Shown in pieces: positions 8,060 to 16,613 of a stretch of 64,000 nt of DNA. How positions within the stretch are numbered: the first letter of the stretch is position 1; every line of letters begins with the position of its first letter. The stretch is from an uncultured virus (IMG/VR IMGVR_UViG_3300033630_000015) (lineage: Duplodnaviria; Heunggongvirae; Uroviricota; Caudoviricetes): IMG/VR virus record IMGVR_UViG_3300033630_000015. One strand, written 5' to 3'. Below the pieces are notes generated by a model, which did not search any database, had not been told where the DNA came from, and saw only the letters and a program-made list of their open reading frames with translations. The position numbers and the translations under genes are program-made.

Positions 8060-10623
8060 ATTGTACACCTCTTCTGAATCTGTGGCGTTTCTCCTATTTC
8101 AAAGTTTGTTAAGGATTGTTGGCGGGATGGCTGCAATAGGGCCAGCTCATTTATCCCAAAGCTTTCGAACATCCTTAATAAGGGAGGAAGCAGTTGCTTG
8201 GATAGATAGTAGTCCGTGTCTATTTTTAGGTTGTTTTCGACTACGTACTCAGGATCTTCGGCCCGCAATGTCATCATTTCTGCTCGGCGGCCTGCTTTTC
8301 GTTGGCTCGCGATGATGATAAAAGGAACTCTATCTCCGATTGCATACTTGAAAACCCCTCGATGCTCAAGTTTCTTGACAAGTTCTGCATGCGGTTGCGG
8401 TTGCATATAGTTTTCCGGTTTTCTGGTCAGTGTTCTTGACATGATTAGGTCATTGAAGATATCTGGGGTGGGCTTTTTCAGCAATTCAATGGCTTTTCTA
8501 GCCTGCGCTAGGGCCTCGTCCACATCTCCTTCCATCAAGATAGTCTCTAGGCATTTGGTCAGAGCCACCGATGTGAAGTTGCACCAGTCTCGTCGGACTG
8601 TTTCTATTCCTTTTGCTTTTATTTCACCCCTATCCTCTGTTTCAAACCTGTACATGGCATAGTGTTTCTTTGCCAAAATGAGTATTCTTTTGGCAAATGC
8701 TTCGAAAACTAGTTCCATTGGCTTTGGTAGATCTGCTGTAACGATGGATGCGATCTTTTTTCCTATTTGTTTAGCTTTACAAAAGTCAATATTTCCGGTT
8801 ATAGATATAAAAATACTGTCGGTGTCGCCTGCTATCGTTTTTAGTTCAAATGGTTCATTATCCAGTGTAAAAAGCCCGTGTTTTTCAACTATTTTTCGAG
8901 TTCTGAGTAGATTTTCTCTTCCATAGCTGGTCACTGAGTTGGCAATTACTGGGCTATACAATCTGGCCCGAGCATAACCTGAATAACCATAGAAGCTGTT
9001 CAGCAATATCTTCATAGCATATTGCTTGGCATCTAGTTGCCGCTTTTCTTCCTCGGATATCCCAGGCAACTTCATTGCTTTCTTGGCCTTTATGCGTTCG
9101 TCCAGCAACTTTTCTAATACCCTTGGTACTATACCCCGCCTGATTTCCGGAGGTACAAATCGTCCGCCGCTAGGAGATATCGTGATGTTGCAGTCTGGAC
9201 ATTCGTCTCTGATTTCGGTCGTGTAGCATAGGTTTCTGGCGATCATGGTTGTTGGGTATAGTGATTTGAAATCGAGTATAACCACATTCTCGGTTAGGCC
9301 GATTTCTGGATCGAGAACAATTGCACCTTCAACCTGGGCTATATCATCATCTTCCAGAGCCATTTTAGTGCCCATTACATAGCCCTCTGCATTGTATTCC
9401 CGAAGGAGCTTGGCCTCGATCATACTGCTTTGGCCGCCATTAACTACGACTTGCAGGAATGCCCCGCTTGCCTTGGCCAGAGCGATGTACTTTTCAAGGA
9501 CTCCTGTTTTTTTGATCAGCTCCAAGACCAGCAATGCGTCACGTCTTGAATATGAGATGAATTTGTTGATTCCTGGTCCGGACCACAATTCTCGCATTTC
9601 ACCCGGTTTAACATCCAGCTTCTCGATATCTAAAATTTCTTTGGCCACGTTTGCCAGACGATAACTCTTCAATCGGTATTTATCCAATGCTTTAACTGCT
9701 GGAAGCATGTCAAGTGAAATTCGTCCGTTCAGTGAGACGGTGCTCTTGCCCATATAACTCTTGCACCACGCAGATCTCCCATCCCTGGACATTGAGAGGG
9801 AAACTCCCAGCCTTTTGGCCCTATCGGTTATATACGGGATATCAAACCCGTTTGAGTTGTATCCTCCTATCACGGTTGGATCATACTCATCCAGGATGAA
9901 TCCCAGCTTGCGAAGCATGTCATCTTCCCCCTCGGATGGAATCACGTCTTTTCGGGTGCATTTGATGTTTTTGGCCACCATGACAACGTTTTCTTGCCCT
10001 CTCCACGGTGGATCAAAGGCCAGACTGATCAAAACTATCGGATCTTCATCTGAGGTTGGCAGTCCACCGTTCTCTTTTGGTATAGCCTCGATATCAATGG
10101 CCATTATCCTCAATGGTGCATTGGTTCGATCTCCCTGGGGAATAATATCCGTATGATGGATGTATTGTTTTTTCGGAACTATACACCAACTCATACCCGA
10201 CAACTCATGATCCACCATGAAGCGATCCTTGAAAAAAATGTCACTTTCATGGGTAGTGTAGTGGCTTTGCTCGCAAAATTCCCGGAGGATTTTCACATCT
10301 TTCGGATTGCGGGTCGTTACCTTTATCATTTTTCGTGGTCTGGATTGATATCCCAGGGGGCCGAAACGATCTACAACATCGGTTTTTATCATGATCCCGA
10401 TAGAATCGGCGATGCTCGTTAGTAGCTGGTCTATTCCCTCAACGTTGTCCGAATCTATGTAGAAGTAGGGAAGAAACCCCGTGACATACTTTGTGACAGG
10501 ATCTCCTTCTTTTGTCAGGCCGAAAAGAGTTATGACGGGGAGCCCATCCGCATCATAACCATATGTTGCATCAATTATTTGGAGTTCCGTTCGTATAGCC
10601 CCCTGAAACCGACATCTTGGCAT
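8056..10623 (-). CDS. polB: Family B DNA polymerase (archaeal-type, RNA-primed)
   Basis: ExoI DIE, ExoII YNSNGFD, ExoIII YSRRDA; DFKSLYP; KILLNSFYGY; AGDTDS; KGIETVRRD; C-terminal PIP-box-like QQSLTNF. Confidence 0.97.
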   Translation of the reverse strand: MPRCRFQGAIRTELQIIDATYGYDADGLPVITLFGLTKEGDPVTKYVTGFLPYFYIDSDNVEGIDQLLTSIADSIGIMIKTDVVDRFGPLGYQSRPRKMIKVTTRNPKDVKILREFCEQSHYTTHESDIFFKDRFMVDHELSGMSWCIVPKKQYIHHTDIIPQGDRTNAPLRIMAIDIEAIPKENGGLPTSDEDPIVLISLAFDPPWRGQENVVMVAKNIKCTRKDVIPSEGEDDMLRKLGFILDEYDPTVIGGYNSNGFDIPYITDRAKRLGVSLSMSRDGRSAWCKSYMGKSTVSLNGRISLDMLPAVKALDKYRLKSYRLANVAKEILDIEKLDVKPGEMRELWSGPGINKFISYSRRDALLVLELIKKTGVLEKYIALAKASGAFLQVVVNGGQSSMIEAKLLREYNAEGYVMGTKMALEDDDIAQVEGAIVLDPEIGLTENVVILDFKSLYPTTMIARNLCYTTEIRDECPDCNITISPSGGRFVPPEIRRGIVPRVLEKLLDERIKAKKAMKLPGISEEEKRQLDAKQYAMKILLNSFYGYSGYARARLYSPVIANSVTSYGRENLLRTRKIVEKHGLFTLDNEPFELKTIAGDTDSIFISITGNIDFCKAKQIGKKIASIVTADLPKPMELVFEAFAKRILILAKKHYAMYRFETEDRGEIKAKGIETVRRDWCNFTSVALTKCLETILMEGDVDEALAQARKAIELLKKPTPDIFNDLIMSRTLTRKPENYMQPQPHAELVKKLEHRGVFKYAIGDRVPFIIIASQRKAGRRAEMMTLRAEDPEYVVENNLKIDTDYYLSKQLLPPLLRMFESFGINELALLQPSRQQSLTNFEIGETPQIQKRCTI

Positions 10624-10638
10624 CGGTTATAATTCGCG

Positions 10639-10896
10639 TCATTCGAAATCCTCTGGGTTGAGTTCATCTGATTCTTTGGCGGATGCTTTTGACAGGCTCG
10701 TATAATCTATATTTCCTTGAAACAGATACTGATGAACATTCAGTTCATCGAGTTCCCAGTTGTTTTCTGTATCGATTCTCCCAAATACTTCTGATTCGAG
10801 AGCTTGTCTGATCGCGTCTTTTTCATCTTCTGCCAGAAAATAGTTCGAAACTATTCCTGCAATTGGCAGACGAACAAAATATACTTTTTTTGGCAT
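10639..10896 (-). CDS. Small acidic hypothetical protein
   Basis: ORF in the co-oriented operon; AEDEKDA motif. Confidence 0.6.
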   Translation of the reverse strand: MPKKVYFVRLPIAGIVSNYFLAEDEKDAIRQALESEVFGRIDTENNWELDELNVHQYLFQGNIDYTSLSKASAKESDELNPEDFE

Positions 10897-11048
10897 TTAT
10901 TCTACCCCGTTGTCCGATTTTTTGATTATCTCTTGTAATGTCGCTATGTCGTCCATAATTATATCAGCTGTTTTGCTGCTATCTGCATTATCTGCCAGTT
11001 GTCTGAGTACGAATATTACTCTCTGGAGTGTGTTTTTTTCTCGGTTGG

Positions 11049-11354
11049 TTAACATGTTGCAGCCTCCAGTGCAATTTTATTTGCATCGTATTGAGGATTT
11101 AACGCGAATGGAATGGTAAGTATCCATTGTCTCTTTCCAACTTTTTCAGCTATACCGGCTTTGGCTAAGATCTTCAGCAGGCGCAATATCGATTTTGGTC
11201 CAAGGTTTTGCGTCATTACCAGGTCTCTGATAGTGATGGGAGATTGCTGTAACATGTATTTTATGATCCCATCTAGAGCACGAGCGTCTTCTGTGATCTG
11301 TCTCTTGCTCATTCCTTGTCTCAGACGCGGAGTCATTGTGGTGTTATCTCGCAT
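11049..11354 (-). CDS. wHTH DNA-binding protein
   Basis: PITIRDLVMTQNLGPKSILRLLKILAKAGIAEKVG.W pattern. Confidence 0.65.
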   Translation of the reverse strand: MRDNTTMTPRLRQGMSKRQITEDARALDGIIKYMLQQSPITIRDLVMTQNLGPKSILRLLKILAKAGIAEKVGKRQWILTIPFALNPQYDANKIALEAATC

Positions 11355-11502
11355 ATGCCAAGGGGTTCATAATCGATTTCGCCTTCACCGTCGTTAACTG
11401 CTTCTATTGCTACTTCTTCGGCATCTGCTTCGTTGTCTGCTTCTACCATTACGCTGGCGGTGCCGACTATATCCACTAAGACATTATATATTGCCAATTA
11501 TA

Positions 11503-11700
11503 TCACCTGCACATAGATTTAAACCGGTTTTCTACTTTTCTTACTATTCGCCCAATGGTTGTTGGCGATACATCGAAATCCTTGGCAATTGATGACAGGA
11601 GTTCGGTTTTTGCTCGCCTGGCGATTTTGGAATAATATTTTTCTGGTATTGGATGAGAGCCTACACGTCTTCCTCTTTTTCGGGTTTTGGGTGATTTCAT
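11503..11700 (-). CDS. Small HTH protein
   Basis: LSSIAKDFDVSPTTIGRIVRK HTH signature. Confidence 0.7.
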   Translation of the reverse strand: MKSPKTRKRGRRVGSHPIPEKYYSKIARRAKTELLSSIAKDFDVSPTTIGRIVRKVENRFKSMCR

Positions 11701-11784
11701 GCGATGTCCTCCGGCATATCATTTCGTTTATACATTATTCTTAGCAAATCGTGCATATCTCGTCTCGTTTTTCCACAACTTCTA

Positions 11785-12507
11785 CTAGCGAATCGTCTCG
11801 ATGCGCATTTTATTTCGTCCTTCGAAACCATTCTTATCACCTGTCTCTTCCAACATCGTTTGAAGTGTTGCAATATGTTTCTTTGTTTCTACGCTACCAT
11901 TTATTGCATTGCTCCATTCCAAGAACCGCAGTCCTTGGTCTATTGCTGTAACTCTGTCCTCCGTGATCTGCCAGGATTTCCTGCGATTTTCTGCCAATCT
12001 CCCCGCTAGATCTGCCGCTACAACCTCATAAGGTCGCAGATGGGACTTGCTGGCATCCGGCCCGATCTTGCCCTTTGCTTGGAGCTTTAGGCGGGCATTT
12101 CTGCGATAATCATTTTGTGTACAATCTGACGTATTTTTTCGATCCCACCAGTAGCCCTCACATTCTTGGGATTCATCAAAATAGTCTCCTCTGGCCAACT
12201 CTTCCACCAGGGCATCCTCGAGAGACTTGATCTGGGCAGCTTGCTGGTCAATGACATCCATCCTGGCTCGGATGCAGATCTCGGACTGCTCTAAATCAGC
12301 CTCCAACTCCGCGATACGGGCAGCTTGCTCTTTCTTTACCTGCTGAGTTTTCCAGATCATCCCTTTCTGCTCGGATATTTCGGCCCGCAGCCGCTCGATT
12401 TCGGCGATGGCGAGAGGAAACATAGTGATCGCCATGCGATCGTCGAATTTCGCGGCATCCCGCGCCTTCTCCAAATCGAAGGTCATGGAGATTCCTCTTC
12501 TGCACAA
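11785..12507 (-). CDS. Coiled-coil hypothetical viral protein (Ead/Ea22-like style)
   Basis: AIAEIERLRAE and ARIAELEA heptads. Confidence 0.55.
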   Translation of the reverse strand: MCRRGISMTFDLEKARDAAKFDDRMAITMFPLAIAEIERLRAEISEQKGMIWKTQQVKKEQAARIAELEADLEQSEICIRARMDVIDQQAAQIKSLEDALVEELARGDYFDESQECEGYWWDRKNTSDCTQNDYRRNARLKLQAKGKIGPDASKSHLRPYEVVAADLAGRLAENRRKSWQITEDRVTAIDQGLRFLEWSNAINGSVETKKHIATLQTMLEETGDKNGFEGRNKMRIETIR

Positions 12508-12592
12508 TCATCATTCGGGTTGACTTCCTCTTCAAATCTCTCGCAGTAATATCGATCACCGCGAACCAACAATAATGGGCAATGTCCACAGA

Positions 12593-12979
12593 TCATGATT
12601 TTGTCTCCTTCGTGGCCGTGTTTTTATTTACTTCAATCTTGAATACTATAAATTCACTATATTTTGCATTGTATTCTCGGATTTCACTCCACAACGGGCT
12701 GTTAGTTGGTATTGGAAACAGATCGTCCATGATATTTATTATTGGAATATATACTGTTGACACTACATGGACTTCCACAATTTTTCCCCAGATAGCTCCT
12801 TCTTTTGCATACCCTCTCCGTAGCTCTACGTCTCGACCTACTCGAACGGTTTGCCTGTTGAAACGATTGCTAAGGCCTCTTATTTCCCATTTCTTTTTTC
12901 CTTCAAGAAACAAGTCGTACCAGTGCTTGTTCAACGGAACAAATAGTCTATCTTGCATTGTTCCACCCCCGTTCTTCAA
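12593..12979 (-). CDS. ASCH/PUA-like domain protein
   Basis: LFVPLNKHWYDLFLEGKKKWEIRG (GxKxxExR) signature. Confidence 0.75.
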   Translation of the reverse strand: MKNGGGTMQDRLFVPLNKHWYDLFLEGKKKWEIRGLSNRFNRQTVRVGRDVELRRGYAKEGAIWGKIVEVHVVSTVYIPIINIMDDLFPIPTNSPLWSEIREYNAKYSEFIVFKIEVNKNTATKETKS

Positions 12980-13226
12980 ATTCCTGGAACCTTTCGAAAG
13001 TATGGGTTATACCGAGTTTTCTGATTTGTTCTGGTTGCTGGTATAAATCATAGCACAGCATCTCGATCTGCACCATCGCATCACCCAATTCCAGTCTGGC
13101 ATTTGCCATATGCGCAGATGCCTCACCTGGAAAGATCCTACATTGCAGAATTTCATATGCTACCTGAGCTATTTCTTTGTTCAGGATCACGATACGATCC
13201 AGCGGAGTTTTTTTGTCCTTTTCCAT
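12948..13226 (-). CDS. MazG-like all-alpha NTP pyrophosphatase
   Basis: KEIAQV...LELGDAMVQIEML (ExGD) pattern. Confidence 0.55.
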   Translation of the reverse strand: MEKDKKTPLDRIVILNKEIAQVAYEILQCRIFPGEASAHMANARLELGDAMVQIEMLCYDLYQQPEQIRKLGITHTFERFQEFEERGWNNAR

Positions 13227-13251
13227 TAGGTGAAGGGTTCGAGTGGTTCTC

Positions 13252-14052
13252 TCAAGCATGTGTGATTACCCCAATTGCTGATATCATATCGCTCTTATAA
13301 ATATGCAGAGAGTCATTTCTGTCAACGATTCTGGCAATTTCGCAATGATTGGGATCAATTATATCCCGATATAATGTATTTATAATACCGACGAGATTTA
13401 TTTGCCAGGCTCCAAAGAGGTCTCTTGATCTCCAGCTGAGGTTAACTGATACACGGTCATCCTTTTCATAGCGAATTCCCACTCTCTGTAAGCAAGGTGT
13501 TGCTGTTTTAGTCTGATCTATCCTGGGTATCCATGTGATCATCTGATTCCGGTTTGACTGAATTCCTGACTCAATTTGCTCTCGGAGGCCCTGTCTCATA
13601 TAGAGTATTTGATCATCTCTATCGAATCTATCGTAATAAATATAATCAAATCCTTCGGAGCCCTGGCTTCGGTATTTTTCAAGATACTCGGGTGTGAATT
13701 CCTCCAAATACTGGTCTACCAGTTGAAACGGGAACTTGGGATGCAGATGCTCTCCCAGTATCTGTTCAACTGCATGATTACCCAATACGATGGTCTGCAT
13801 GGTATCCATTGCCTGTTTCGCGCCATCTTTACCCCCGAATGTGATTGGTTTGCCTCTTAGTATCACATTTGAGAGGGCCTGTTCCCAGGCTGCATTGAAA
13901 TCGTCCGATGCAAATTGTATAACTGGCGGCAATACGGGCGAATATATGAAATCACCATGTGTTGCAGATAAAGACCTGGTACATCTTTTCATGCACCATG
14001 CATCAACTGGACGCATGATACTGTTTCTAAGTCGTGTCAGCATTTTTATCAT
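13252..14052 (-). CDS. Thymidylate synthase family protein (archaeal ThyA-like or dUMP hydroxymethylase)
   Basis: Catalytic PCLQ, WRSRDLFGAWQIN (RSxD...N), SLHIY. Confidence 0.85.
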   Translation of the reverse strand: MIKMLTRLRNSIMRPVDAWCMKRCTRSLSATHGDFIYSPVLPPVIQFASDDFNAAWEQALSNVILRGKPITFGGKDGAKQAMDTMQTIVLGNHAVEQILGEHLHPKFPFQLVDQYLEEFTPEYLEKYRSQGSEGFDYIYYDRFDRDDQILYMRQGLREQIESGIQSNRNQMITWIPRIDQTKTATPCLQRVGIRYEKDDRVSVNLSWRSRDLFGAWQINLVGIINTLYRDIIDPNHCEIARIVDRNDSLHIYKSDMISAIGVITHA

Positions 14053-14121
14053 CCCTTATACTCTTCTCTATATTATCTACTATATATGGGTTTTCGTTAA
14101 TACTAAAAAAAAAATATGTAT

Positions 14122-14883
14122 TTATGAAATTCCCCAGATACCATCTACCTGAAACATCTTATGCGCGGACTTACCAAATCGCCTGTCGTTTATCTTGAGA
14201 TTTTCCAGAGGCCCCAAGTTGCCGCTGTCTAGGCAGACCTGCGCTTCCTGTAAGAACTCGGAGACAGAGCCATACTGTTCCAATATAGCTTCTGCTCTTT
14301 CCCACCCGATTCCTGGTAGATTGCAGAGTACGTTTATAGCATGCATGTTTTTACGAGGCTTGCTACACAAGGTTATAGGCGGGTCACTGATGACATCGTG
14401 GATCATATAGTTAATCAGCAACCGAAACGAATCGATTGGGTTTCGCGACAAAAAAACCGGCAACACTCCTAGAGATTTGATATCGCCGAGAACAGCATAT
14501 ACCATGTTCTCATCTAGTGTCATTCGTTCTTCTGGTTTTTCTATTATGTTTCCCTCGTCAGTCTTGTAGTATGGAGGAATAGACTCGATCAGCTCCGACA
14601 GACTACCAAGTATGCTTAGATATCCGTAGTCACATTTTAGGGCTATATCCATGCATTGCCGACCTAGCCGACCCCTTGGTGGAAGGCTGCCCCAAAAATC
14701 GTCGAGTTCCTTAATCTCTGCTCCAACCTGTTTACCGGATTCTTCATCTACCAGCATAAGATCGAAGTCTAGGTTTGCTGGTTCTGGCTTATTTATTCTT
14801 TTCTTATAATAAGTCCAGGCTTCGTCCAAAAAGTCAGGTCGTTTACCTTGCTTTTCGTTGTTATCAAAAAAAAGTGAAAACAT
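14122..14883 (-). CDS. ERCC4/XPF-family nuclease with C-terminal HhH
   Basis: FDLML..GAEIKELDDFWGS..GRLGRQ; HhH LPGIGWERAEAIL. Confidence 0.8.
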   Translation of the reverse strand: MFSLFFDNNEKQGKRPDFLDEAWTYYKKRINKPEPANLDFDLMLVDEESGKQVGAEIKELDDFWGSLPPRGRLGRQCMDIALKCDYGYLSILGSLSELIESIPPYYKTDEGNIIEKPEERMTLDENMVYAVLGDIKSLGVLPVFLSRNPIDSFRLLINYMIHDVISDPPITLCSKPRKNMHAINVLCNLPGIGWERAEAILEQYGSVSEFLQEAQVCLDSGNLGPLENLKINDRRFGKSAHKMFQVDGIWGIS

Positions 14884-14886
14884 GGA

Positions 14887-15114
14887 TCACCTAATTATAT
14901 ATTGCGACGAATTTCGCCACACTATGATCGCAATACCAGACAGCATCGTTATTGCAGCAGGCACCGCAGTTTCGAGAGTCTGAAACTCCGTGATGTCTAC
15001 ACCAACCATACTTAACTGGATGGCCCCGAGTATAGTCACAATAAGTCCGCCCCATGCAATCTTACTCTTTTTAAGATCCTTCGTTTTGCACGTTGTCTCC
15101 GTCAGTTTTGTCAC
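14887..15114 (-). CDS. Small two-TM membrane protein (holin-like)
   Basis: KSKIAWGGLIVTILGAI and AAITMLSGIAIIVWR hydrophobic helices. Confidence 0.55.
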   Translation of the reverse strand: MTKLTETTCKTKDLKKSKIAWGGLIVTILGAIQLSMVGVDITEFQTLETAVPAAITMLSGIAIIVWRNSSQYIIR

Positions 15115-15352
15115 CTCCTAGATCTTTTACTATTCTATTACACTGCATACATATATTCTCTGCGACTTCCTCGATGGGGCAATATACATCAGAAAAACTA
15201 TCCTTACTGATTACCCCCATTAATTTTAAAGTGTCGAGACATTCGGTCACGGTTTCTATTGGAAGCTTTACGTTGTGTGCAATCTCATTTGCTGTTTTGC
15301 AAGACGTCAGTGCCTCGTTAACTATTCTCAGATCTTCTAAAGTTGCCATCAT
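15071..15352 (-). CDS. wHTH protein with C-terminal Cys motif
   Basis: KTANEIAHNVKLPIETVTECLDTLKLMGVI. Confidence 0.65.
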   Translation of the reverse strand: MMATLEDLRIVNEALTSCKTANEIAHNVKLPIETVTECLDTLKLMGVISKDSFSDVYCPIEEVAENICMQCNRIVKDLGGDKTDGDNVQNEGS

Positions 15353-15416
15353 ATCACAAGTCTTGAATAGGTACTCTCATTGAAATAGGTTTCGGTTACG
15401 AAAAAAATAAGGAAAT

Positions 15417-16613
15417 TCAGGTACTGTTGATAATGGCATCCCAGGATATCTTGTTTCCGAAGTCCTGCGGCACCATGAATTTCGCATACAAGGTCTTGGT
15501 TTCGCCGGGGGCAATTGAGCTATATTTCAACGGATCTCCCATGTATTGATATGTTTTCTTTGAATCGTTATCTGTGACAACAACGCCCAGCCATCCCTTC
15601 CAAGTTTTATCCCCAACGTTTTTCACAGTATATCCGAACCAGGTGTCTGTTCCATCCTTTTTCACGGTGTTGCAGACAGGAGCGATGAGACTTAGAACGG
15701 CAGACGGTTTTGTTACAGTTGAAGTACATGATGCCGGGTATGCGTTGGCTATGCCCCCAACATACTTTACGGCGGCCTTGGCATCCATGGATTCGGCAGT
15801 TGGATTGTAGCCGGTCGTCTTTCCAGCGGCAATCATCTTGGTGTTGATGCTTACCGTGTCATCCGTTGGATAATATATAGCAGCTATGAGTCTACCATAG
15901 GAGTCTTCTCCCTTTATGGCCAATTTAACCACTGTCCCTGGCGGGATTTGTTCATAAAGCCAGGTTTTAGCGGTTCTGCCGGCTGGGAAATTCATCTCAG
16001 ATGAAGAGATGCCATGCAGTCGAACATTAAATGGTGTGGTCACACAAAGCTGTCCTGGAAGACATTGTTGGGTTACCTGTATCGTATCTCCATCAGTGAC
16101 TTCCATCACGACCGCCATCATATCGTATCCGGTTGTTTCTGTAATCTGCCCCAGGTTGTCTATATAACTGTTTAGCGAGTTATTGATGACCTCGCTTCCT
16201 TTAGTTACGATATAGTTGTTTCCAACCGGGGTTAGGGTTATTTCTGATCCAATGGGTAAGTGCAATGTCAGCCATTCTTTAGCCTCCGAGTCTCTTGTTC
16301 GGGGAAATACCCCGTAAAGGATGATGGTTTTTGGTATTAGGTCACAAACCTGACCAGGAGCACAATCCATAAGCGCCTTGATCGTGGAACCATCAACAAC
16401 CTCGGTTACCTTTCCGGTAATTTCGAGTTCTACCTCAGGTGGATTGTATTTGGTCCCAAGAGCCGAAAAAATCCAAACGATATCATCCGGGGCTACATCC
16501 TCGGTGTTATTCAGATCGGCAAGTATGGCATTTATCATTCCTTCAGAGCTTATTGTACCACCCGAAAAAAAATGGGTGGACAGGTAGCTTTTCCTGGATT
16601 CTGTAATTGACAT
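15417..16613 (-). CDS. Tandem thermonuclease (SNase) domains + C-terminal Ig-like domain
   Basis: Degenerate VVDGST..ILYGV and intact VTDGDT..VRLHGISSSE..DSYGRLIA..INTKMIAAG; Ig-like YTVKNVGD..IAPGETKT. Confidence 0.8.
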   Translation of the reverse strand: MSITESRKSYLSTHFFSGGTISSEGMINAILADLNNTEDVAPDDIVWIFSALGTKYNPPEVELEITGKVTEVVDGSTIKALMDCAPGQVCDLIPKTIILYGVFPRTRDSEAKEWLTLHLPIGSEITLTPVGNNYIVTKGSEVINNSLNSYIDNLGQITETTGYDMMAVVMEVTDGDTIQVTQQCLPGQLCVTTPFNVRLHGISSSEMNFPAGRTAKTWLYEQIPPGTVVKLAIKGEDSYGRLIAAIYYPTDDTVSINTKMIAAGKTTGYNPTAESMDAKAAVKYVGGIANAYPASCTSTVTKPSAVLSLIAPVCNTVKKDGTDTWFGYTVKNVGDKTWKGWLGVVVTDNDSKKTYQYMGDPLKYSSIAPGETKTLYAKFMVPQDFGNKISWDAIINST

